Positions 1-6,405 of a stretch of DNA of 11,627 nucleotides are shown piece after piece. Under the pieces are notes generated by a model. It did no database searches. It was not told where the DNA came from and saw nothing but the letters and a program-made list of their open reading frames with translations. Position numbers and translations under genes: made by a program. Every line of letters starts with the position of its first letter. Position 1 is the first letter of the stretch. The stretch lies in the NCBI GenBank assembly GCA_050049995.1, contig JASFVE010000064.1:1-11627 (forward strand), given 5' to 3'. The DNA is from Chlamydiota bacterium. GTDB lineage: Bacteria; Chlamydiota; Chlamydiia; Chlamydiales; SM23-39.

Positions 1-305
1 GGTATAGGTTCAAAAATTCCAAAGCAATTTTTTTCAACATCAATTGATAGTTGACTTACTTTAAAAACTTTTAGCTCATTATGGATGATCTTAGGAAGGT
101 ATAGCCTACTTTGTGAAGAAAGAGTAGCGTTAACTTTGTGCAATGAAATTTCAGACTGAAATGAATAAAACGATAAAATAGTAAGATTACTGTTTAGCTT
201 TTCAAAAACAAAGCTTTCTAGACTTTCCTCAGCAGATTTTCTCCTTTCCAAAGAAATATTTTTACGTATTTCTTTCATGTAAGATCTTAAGTTATCTTTA
301 TTCAT
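1..305 (-). CDS. ygfA: 5-formyltetrahydrofolate cyclo-ligase (5' part; runs off the left edge)
   Basis: Manual translation from ATG at 305 (ATGA overlap with the upstream stop) is open to the edge: MNKDNLRSYMKEIRKNISLERRKSAEE...TILSFYSFQSEISL...RLYLPKI...KNCFGIFEPI. It shows the family K-x-x-LR...R N-terminal helix, the Y-x-x-x-x-E motif, the LP motif and the FGIxEP motif. Not in the ORF track because it is truncated. Confidence 0.88.
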   Translation of the reverse strand, partial: MNKDNLRSYMKEIRKNISLERRKSAEESLESFVFEKLNSNLTILSFYSFQSEISLHKVNATLSSQSRLYLPKIIHNELKVFKVSQLSIDVEKNCFGIFEPI

Positions 306-1570
306 AGGATAGGCTTTGAGTTATTGTACGTTACTTTTTGCAAAAATATACCATTGCCGTCAAAAAGAGTAGCTACTCCTTTTCCATTTGTGACTTCGGA
401 TACGGGCTCAGGATTTCCTTTCCGAAAATACTTTCCAGAAACTAAAAGATCATTTTCATACTCCTCTACCATCATCAAACTACCATCAGAATACCAACAA
501 ATGCTAGGCCCGTTTTTTTTGTTTTTACAAAAGTGTTTTTGACTTTCCATATTACCATTTTGATACCATGTTTGAACATTGCCATGAATTTGGTCATCGC
601 CCCAGTCGATGGTATATTTTAAGATGTTTTCAGAAGAGTTATCTTCTAAAATAAAGTATTCAGATTCGGTGCCTTGTTTTTTCCCATTGATCATTACGTA
701 GGAATTTAATAATCGTCCTTCTTTATTAAACAATTGAATGAGGCCATTTTCAGATCCATTTTTATATTCAATAAGTTGATAAGAATTTTCATCTAACACA
801 ACTAATTTAGCTCCATTGCCATTTTGAATATTGCAAATAGATTGAAAGTTTTTATCATAGTATTGTCCTGTAATAAGTTTGCCTGATTGGTACTCCTCAA
901 TGGCTAAAGGCGATTCATTTTCCCAATAAACTAATGAAGTTCCATTTATTTCATTATTTTGAAAGTAAGTTTTCCTTTTCAGTGCCATGTTTTCAAAGTA
1001 TTCAAAATAAATTCCATCTATTAGACCATTTTTATAGGGAATTTTCTTTTTTATATTACCATTGCTGAAATAGTGAGTGGCCTCTCCTGATATTAAACCA
1101 TTTTCATAAGGTATGTTAGCTATTAAATTTCCTTGTTCATCATAAGCTTTTGCAGGACCATCAAAGAGCCACTTTTCTTGAGAGGAGACATCCAAATCTG
1201 CAGGGCCTCCCGCTACATTTGCCTCAATTTTAAGAGATCCATTCATATACCACTCCTTATATGGACCACTAGCTCTAAGGTTAACCCCTTCAAGAAGCTG
1301 CTTAATTTTTCCATTGGGGTGGTAGCTTGTTAAAATAGTTTGTGCGTGACCATCATTTGCTTTGCTAAAAATTCGCACAATCTTTTGAAATGGTTGAGGA
1401 GATAGAAAGTCAACTTCTTTATACTGAGCTAACTTTTCTTCTGAACTAATTGTTTCAGTAAGTCCGTTTTGATCAACAGTCTGTATACGTACTAATGCAT
1501 TTGGTTCTACTGGTTGTCTATGACAACTTAAAACAAGAAGTGAAAGTAAAAAAATATTTAAAATTTTCAT
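302..1570 (-). CDS. MORN-variant repeat lipoprotein (YwqK-like repeats), function unknown
   Basis: 422 aa. Signal peptide with lipobox VLS-C16. Many MORN_2-type units (YHPNGKIK, WYMNGSLKIE, YFSNGNIKKKIPYKNGLIDG, WYQNGNMES, WYSDGSLMM). Confidence 0.8.
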   Translation of the reverse strand: MKILNIFLLSLLVLSCHRQPVEPNALVRIQTVDQNGLTETISSEEKLAQYKEVDFLSPQPFQKIVRIFSKANDGHAQTILTSYHPNGKIKQLLEGVNLRASGPYKEWYMNGSLKIEANVAGGPADLDVSSQEKWLFDGPAKAYDEQGNLIANIPYENGLISGEATHYFSNGNIKKKIPYKNGLIDGIYFEYFENMALKRKTYFQNNEINGTSLVYWENESPLAIEEYQSGKLITGQYYDKNFQSICNIQNGNGAKLVVLDENSYQLIEYKNGSENGLIQLFNKEGRLLNSYVMINGKKQGTESEYFILEDNSSENILKYTIDWGDDQIHGNVQTWYQNGNMESQKHFCKNKKNGPSICWYSDGSLMMVEEYENDLLVSGKYFRKGNPEPVSEVTNGKGVATLFDGNGIFLQKVTYNNSKPIL

Positions 1571-2163
1571 GGATTTCTAAAAAACTCTCTTTGTAAAAAA
1601 GCTAAGTTCAATTCATAGTGATTTTCTTTTTTATTAAGTTCTAAATCATAAATTATAAACTGTGGTGCTTTTGGTGTTTCTAGCATATTTAAAAAAGAAA
1701 AAGCATCACGTAAAGTTGCTTCTACAGGTGCTTGTAGGCAATATTTTGTTTCTTGAACTTGTTTATACTTTTTAGGCTTATCTTGAATAAAATTAAGTTT
1801 GTTTTGTGTAGAAATTCTTTCTAACTTTTTAGATAAGTTATTATCTGTATCAAATAAAATTTGTGTTGAAATTTTTTGCAAATCTTTCACTTCATCTTGT
1901 AAAAAAATAAAGTTGTTAATTTTATTCAAAAAGTTTTGATTAGAATCAAAATATTTTTCTAAAAAATCCTTCCTTGACTTTCTTTTCTGATAGGTTTCTG
2001 AAGCGATAATTTGCAAGGAACGTAGTTTATTTTCTAACCTGGCATAGTTTGCATACTCAATAAAACTGAAAAACATAATTAAAACTGTTGGAGCTGCAAA
2101 AACCAAAAAGACCCATGAAACACTATGTTTTTTTAAAAAATATTTTCCTAACTTTGTAAGCAT
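1567..2163 (-). CDS. Bitopic membrane protein, GspM/PilO-like (putative)
   Basis: 198 aa. Short basic N-tail, one TM (VSWVFLVFAAPTVLIMFFSFI), a helical/coiled-coil stretch, and a C-terminal VEATLRDAFSFLNMLE...FIIYDLELNK...YELNLAF resembling the ferredoxin-like PilO/GspM core. The CDS is secure; the family call is inferred by eye. Confidence 0.55.
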   Translation of the reverse strand: MLTKLGKYFLKKHSVSWVFLVFAAPTVLIMFFSFIEYANYARLENKLRSLQIIASETYQKRKSRKDFLEKYFDSNQNFLNKINNFIFLQDEVKDLQKISTQILFDTDNNLSKKLERISTQNKLNFIQDKPKKYKQVQETKYCLQAPVEATLRDAFSFLNMLETPKAPQFIIYDLELNKKENHYELNLAFLQREFFRNP

Positions 2164-2166
2164 TTT

Positions 2167-3624
2167 TTAACTTCTGGGGTAAAAAGAAAAGGTTACAAAA
2201 ATCCCTTCACAATCAACTTGGAAAGGCTTTTTCTTATTAATAAAATGATCTTGTTGCAATTTTTTTTGAAACTCTAAAGCACTTTCATGATTTAGAAATT
2301 TCAGTTGTACGTTAACTTTAGCTGCATAATTCTTTTTTAAATTTTCTATCGTAGGAAAGGATTCCAGTTGATAATGAAATTTTTCTAAAGAACAATTTTT
2401 ATTTAAGTAATTATTGTTTAACCATAACAACACATGTTTAGCATCTTTAGTTCCTATTGGAAATACAAATGTCCTATTTTCATTAGCCAAAGTAGCTTCA
2501 AAATTTTCCATGTTTGTTTCAAGACTATTTTTTTTATTGAATATATATTGTCTTTCCACTAGCTCACTGTCTTTTTTTTGAATCATTTCCAAATGAGAAT
2601 ACAGTTTGTCTTCCCATTTTTTGAAATATTCATTCTTCATGGCAAACATCAGCAAATTAACACAAAGGCATAAAGCAGCAGCTCCTATCACCTTTAAAGC
2701 AAATTTCCTGATTTGTTTTTTAGGTACTGCGTCATTTTGAAAAAATTGCACTGAATTTTCATCTTGGACAAGGCTATCTATAGCAAGTCCAATTGGTATA
2801 GCGTGTCTTTTTGAAATGTCGTTAGGTATATCAATAAAAGAAGCAATTTTATTTGTTAAGTCAGAAAATAAAAAGGGTCTTGCATTTTCAACCTGTTTAA
2901 GATCTCCAAGTAAAAGTATGTTTAGCTTTTCAGCATTTGCTCTTTGTAAAAAAGAAAAACATACATAAGTGAGCTGTTGTTTTAGTTGAAGCAAAGGTTT
3001 TTCTTCTCTTGTTTCTTTTTCATTATTTAAAAACTCTACGTAATTTTTTACGTGTCGTAAAGCTTCTGTTCCAATGGTAATTTCATGAAAGGAATCAATT
3101 TTATTTTCTAAAACAAGTACGCAGGAAATTGTTTTAGCTCCAAAATGAAAAATTACTCCTTCTGTATATCCAGTTGCGTATGCATTAAAAAATCTAACAA
3201 GTGCACTGGAAACAGAACTTAAATAACGGGGATAAATATGAAAACGTTCCAATCTAAGGCAAATGTTTTCAATTTTTTCCTTGGTAGTTTTTATTACTTG
3301 AACTTCCTTTTGATTTTTTCTAAAAAGAAAAACACTAACAGAGCGATTTTTATAAAAATTTGAATCTTGCATTTCCTGAAAGCTAATTCCTTTTTTTATT
3401 GCTTTAGGATTATCTACTGGAAATTTTATCTTCTCTATTATCACATCGGAAAGGTCAAGCCCTGCGACAAGATTTTTTTTAGCAAACAAGTGCTTATAAA
3501 GTTTCTTTAAGTTTTTAGTGCCCTCTATAGAGATTGTTTGAAGTTTTTTAATAGAAAAATTTTTTTTAGCAACTTTTGCTAAAAGAACATGATCTCCATC
3601 AATATAAATGCCGACTTTTTTCAT
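2167..3624 (-). CDS. GspL-like / PilM-PilN fusion-like assembly platform protein (putative)
   Basis: 485 aa. The cytoplasmic part has PilM/GspL-type segments in the expected order: VGIYIDG, LVAGLDLSDVIIEKIKFP, LERFHIYPRYLSSVSSALVRF, VIFHFGAKTISCVLV...HEITIGTEAL, ILLLGD, HAIPIGLAI. A single TM follows at about aa 308-329, then a periplasmic alpha/beta domain. Confidence 0.62.
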   Translation of the reverse strand: MKKVGIYIDGDHVLLAKVAKKNFSIKKLQTISIEGTKNLKKLYKHLFAKKNLVAGLDLSDVIIEKIKFPVDNPKAIKKGISFQEMQDSNFYKNRSVSVFLFRKNQKEVQVIKTTKEKIENICLRLERFHIYPRYLSSVSSALVRFFNAYATGYTEGVIFHFGAKTISCVLVLENKIDSFHEITIGTEALRHVKNYVEFLNNEKETREEKPLLQLKQQLTYVCFSFLQRANAEKLNILLLGDLKQVENARPFLFSDLTNKIASFIDIPNDISKRHAIPIGLAIDSLVQDENSVQFFQNDAVPKKQIRKFALKVIGAAALCLCVNLLMFAMKNEYFKKWEDKLYSHLEMIQKKDSELVERQYIFNKKNSLETNMENFEATLANENRTFVFPIGTKDAKHVLLWLNNNYLNKNCSLEKFHYQLESFPTIENLKKNYAAKVNVQLKFLNHESALEFQKKLQQDHFINKKKPFQVDCEGIFVTFSFYPRS

Positions 3625-3654
3625 AAGTTGAAACTTTTAAAATTTTCTTAAGAA

Positions 3655-3683
3655 AGGATAACTGTTTTTATTACTTTCTTAAA
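3655..3683 (-). promoter_or_regulatory. Candidate sigma66/sigma70 promoter for the gspL-like operon
   Basis: Minus strand TTTAAG (3683-3678), 17 nt, TATCCT (3660-3655), about 30 nt upstream of the ATG at 3624. AT-rich context makes this weak. Confidence 0.3.
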
Positions 3684-3731
3684 AGAGACAAGAAATTTTT
3701 GATGTGAGATAAAAAGTTTTGAAAAAATTGA

Positions 3732-3740
3732 TGTTATGCT
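3732..3740 (+). promoter_or_regulatory. Candidate extended -10 promoter for yggT-dusB-acyP
   Basis: TGtTATGCT ending 26 nt upstream of the ATG at 3767. No good -35. Confidence 0.3.
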
Positions 3741-3766
3741 AATTTATTAATCAAAAAAATAAAATT

Positions 3767-4018
3767 ATGTTAGCTAACATTATTCATTTAATTTTTGTTT
3801 CGTACACAGTAATGCTATTTATTAGGGTTGTTGGTTCTTGGTTTCCAAACTATCAACATCATCCTTTTATGAGGTTTGTATATCATTATACAGAGCCTTA
3901 TTTAGCTTTTTTTAGAAAAATTATCCCTCCATTAGGAGGAGTCATGGATTTGAGCCCTATTTTAGGGTTTCTTTTACTAGGTATTCTTGAAAAAATCATA
4001 CTTTTGATTGTCACATGA
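3767..4018 (+). CDS. yggT: YggT/YlmG family membrane protein
   Basis: 83 aa hydrophobic protein with the family motifs IRVVGSWFP, TEPYLAFFRKIIPPLGG and MDLSPILGF. Confidence 0.93.
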   Translation: MLANIIHLIFVSYTVMLFIRVVGSWFPNYQHHPFMRFVYHYTEPYLAFFRKIIPPLGGVMDLSPILGFLLLGILEKIILLIVT

Positions 4019-5022
4019 GCTTTAAAAAAAACTTTCACCTTGGGTCTTTGAAACTATCTAATAATATTTTTTATGCTCCTTTAGCTGGATGCTCTGATCT
4101 TGCATTTAGGAGGATGAGTAAAATATATAACCCGGGCTTATTCTTTTGTGAAATGGTAAAGATGGATGCATTAATTCGTTATGACCCTAATACCTTTAGG
4201 TTGCTCGACTATACAAAAGATATGCATCCTATTGGAGCTCAAATTTGTGGAAGTAAACCAGAAATAGCCTACCACAGTGCAAAAATAATTGAAGACTTAG
4301 GATTTGATGTCATTGACCTAAATTGTGGGTGTCCAGTTGATAAAGTGACTAAAGATGGAAGTGGATCTGCATTACTCTCTCATCCAGAAAGAATTGGAGA
4401 AATTCTGCATGAAATGGTGGCTGCTGTAAAAATTCCCGTAACAGTAAAGATTCGAGCAGGTTACGATGACCAGTCAGTAAATGCACCAGAAATTGTAACT
4501 ATCGCTGAAAAGGCAGGGGCAAAGTGTATCACAGTTCATGGCAGAACTAGGAAACAAGCATATAAAGGACTAGCTGATAGAGATGTAATCAAAGAGTGCA
4601 AGGCTAGAGCTAACACTATTTATGTCTTTGGAAATGGGGATATATTCGATGTTCCAAGTGCTCACCATATGTTTCAGCATACTGAGTGCGATGGTATTGT
4701 GATTTCTAGAGGTTCTATGGGCCAGCCTTGGATTGCAGATGATATTCGAAGATACTATGACAGTGGAGAAATAGTAGAAAGAGATACAAATGCAATTAAA
4801 GAACATCTTCTTAAGCACTTTCAATATATTTTAGAATATAAATCCGAACGTAAAGCTTTGCTGGAAATGAGAAAGGTGGGTTGCTGGTATTTAAAAAACT
4901 GTATTGGAGTGAAACAAATTCGACAAGAGCTTAATAAAGCATCCTCAACGCTAGAAATGTTAGCCTTGATTAATAACTTTTCATGGGAAGAGTCAAATGA
5001 AAGAACTACATGCGCAGTTTAA
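4015..5022 (+). CDS. dusB: tRNA-dihydrouridine synthase (DusB/NifR3 family)
   Basis: 335 aa with APLAG, DLNCGCP (catalytic Cys), GSGSALL, PVTVKIRAG, TVHGRT and GNGDI. ATGA overlap with the yggT stop. Confidence 0.95.
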   Translation: MSFKKNFHLGSLKLSNNIFYAPLAGCSDLAFRRMSKIYNPGLFFCEMVKMDALIRYDPNTFRLLDYTKDMHPIGAQICGSKPEIAYHSAKIIEDLGFDVIDLNCGCPVDKVTKDGSGSALLSHPERIGEILHEMVAAVKIPVTVKIRAGYDDQSVNAPEIVTIAEKAGAKCITVHGRTRKQAYKGLADRDVIKECKARANTIYVFGNGDIFDVPSAHHMFQHTECDGIVISRGSMGQPWIADDIRRYYDSGEIVERDTNAIKEHLLKHFQYILEYKSERKALLEMRKVGCWYLKNCIGVKQIRQELNKASSTLEMLALINNFSWEESNERTTCAV

Positions 5023-5269
5023 AGGAATTGTTCAAAATGTAGGCTTCAGGGCTCACATTCAAAAGGCTGCTGACAAAAGAAATGTTACGGGTTATGTGAA
5101 AAATTTAAAAGATGGGTCTGTTGAGTTAGTAGCTCAAGGTGAAGAAGAAGAACTACAAGGGCTTCTTGAGGAAATTAAAGATAATCCAGGCAGTGCAAAA
5201 ATTGATTCTGTAAAGGCATCGCTGAAGGCGCCATTAAAATCTTATAATGCTTTTTCTATTCAGTATTAA
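4997..5269 (+). CDS. acyP: Acylphosphatase
   Basis: 90 aa with GIVQNVGFR (catalytic Arg) and GYVKNLKDGSVELVAQG (catalytic Asn). Purine-rich GGGAAG lies upstream. Overlaps the 3' end of dusB by 26 nt. Confidence 0.92.
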   Translation: MKELHAQFKGIVQNVGFRAHIQKAADKRNVTGYVKNLKDGSVELVAQGEEEELQGLLEEIKDNPGSAKIDSVKASLKAPLKSYNAFSIQY

Positions 5270-5743
5270 CTAATCACTATCTTTGAGTTTTTTTTCAAAA
5301 ATTTTCAAAAGCCTATCAATGTTATATTGTGAATCTTTAAATTCAGGTAGAGCTTTTTTCTTTTCTTTGAGCTTTTTTTCCCTTATCCAGCTTAAAAACT
5401 CTTTTATTGACATCGTCTTAGCTCCAAGCATTTTACAGTTTTGAACTAACTCTCTATCAGAAGAAATAACTGTATATTGGATTTTTTTAGGACTAAACTG
5501 AAGCTTTTCTAGAATATATTCATCAGCACTCAAACCGGAATGTGTGTAGACAATATTCAAAAAATATAACTGATGAATACCAAGATCAGGAGTGTTGCCA
5601 TCAAAGATAATAGTAACTTCGCCACTTAGCTTTTTAAAAATCTTTTGCAGTAATTCTAAAACAGCTTTTCTTTGTTCTTCGAGTGATTTGTCATTGCGGA
5701 AAATATGAAAAAGAAGATTGTACCCATCAATTAAATAATGCAT
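5270..5743 (-). CDS. NYN-domain ribonuclease, YacP/Rae1-like
   Basis: 157 aa with YLIDGYNL, IIFDG, SADEYI and VISSDREL (acidic PIN/NYN catalytic residues), plus a basic helical C-terminal tail. Confidence 0.88.
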   Translation of the reverse strand: MHYLIDGYNLLFHIFRNDKSLEEQRKAVLELLQKIFKKLSGEVTIIFDGNTPDLGIHQLYFLNIVYTHSGLSADEYILEKLQFSPKKIQYTVISSDRELVQNCKMLGAKTMSIKEFLSWIREKKLKEKKKALPEFKDSQYNIDRLLKIFEKKLKDSD

Positions 5744-5746
5744 TAA

Positions 5747-6370
5747 TCAGTACAAAAGAGTTTCCAAAGATAGTAAAATTTTATCTAAAGCTTTTCTTCT
5801 ATGCGAAATTCTATTTTTAACAGCTTCTCCTAGCTCTGCAAATGATTTACTATATTCATGTTTAACAAAAAGTGGATCGTAGCCAAATCCACCTCCACCT
5901 TTTTCTTTAGTCAAAATAGTGCCTTCACAATAACCAGTAGCTGTTTTTTTTACCCCATCAGGAGAAGCAAGTGCTACACAACACTCGTAATAAGCATACC
6001 TATCGTCATCCTTTAAATGGCGCATTTCTTGTAGAAGCTTTTTTCTATTATCAGCATCTGTAGCATGCTCACCTGCGTAGCGAGCTGAGAAAATCCCTGG
6101 GGCGGATTGAAGTGCAGGCACAACTAGTCCTGAATCATCCGCAATTGTCCAGTGATTTAATTCTTTAGATGCATGAACGGCTTTTAAAACAGCATTTTCT
6201 TCAAAGCTTTTGCCGGCTTCATGAGGAGGAACATACTTTGGAAAGTCCAGAAGAGACAATAAATCTAAATTAGGTAAATGAGACAAGATTGCCTTACACT
6301 CTCTAATTTTGTGCACATTTTTGCTGGCAATTATAAGAGTTATTGTTGCTTGTTTAGCTGATACATCCAT
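5747..6370 (-). CDS. rdgB: dITP/XTP pyrophosphatase (RdgB/HAM1 family)
   Basis: 207 aa with ASKNVHKIRE, FEENAVLKA, ADDSGL, PGIFSARYAG, GFGYDPLF and KNRISHRRKAL. AAGGA RBS 8 nt before the ATG. Confidence 0.96.
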   Translation of the reverse strand: MDVSAKQATITLIIASKNVHKIRECKAILSHLPNLDLLSLLDFPKYVPPHEAGKSFEENAVLKAVHASKELNHWTIADDSGLVVPALQSAPGIFSARYAGEHATDADNRKKLLQEMRHLKDDDRYAYYECCVALASPDGVKKTATGYCEGTILTKEKGGGGFGYDPLFVKHEYSKSFAELGEAVKNRISHRRKALDKILLSLETLLY

Positions 6371-6405
6371 TTAAGTGTTCCTTTTTTTTTAAACTATACA
6401 AAAAA

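Noticed and set aside
324..1333. Short plus-strand ORFs 324-542 and 1133-1333
   Set aside because: They are antisense shadows of the MORN gene with no recognisable motifs.
302..1570. YwqK antitoxin of a toxin-antitoxin or polymorphic-toxin system
   Set aside because: The similarity is only generic MORN-variant repeats. No toxin gene is adjacent, and the gene is embedded in a housekeeping/envelope operon.
2528..3567. A8 homopolymer tracts in the gspL-like gene as phase-variation or frameshift sites
   Set aside because: Such runs are common throughout this AT-rich window, and the reading frame is intact.
2167..3624. FtsA cell-division protein (suggested by the neighbouring yggT/ylmG)
   Set aside because: FtsA has no TM or periplasmic domain and keeps intact ATP motifs. 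The topology here fits GspL/PilMN.
4570..4824. 84-aa minus-strand ORF
   Set aside because: It lies antisense within dusB and shows no family features.
5270..5743. VapC-type PIN toxin or defence nuclease
   Set aside because: The motifs match the YacP/Rae1 NYN family, there is no antitoxin gene, and the context is housekeeping.
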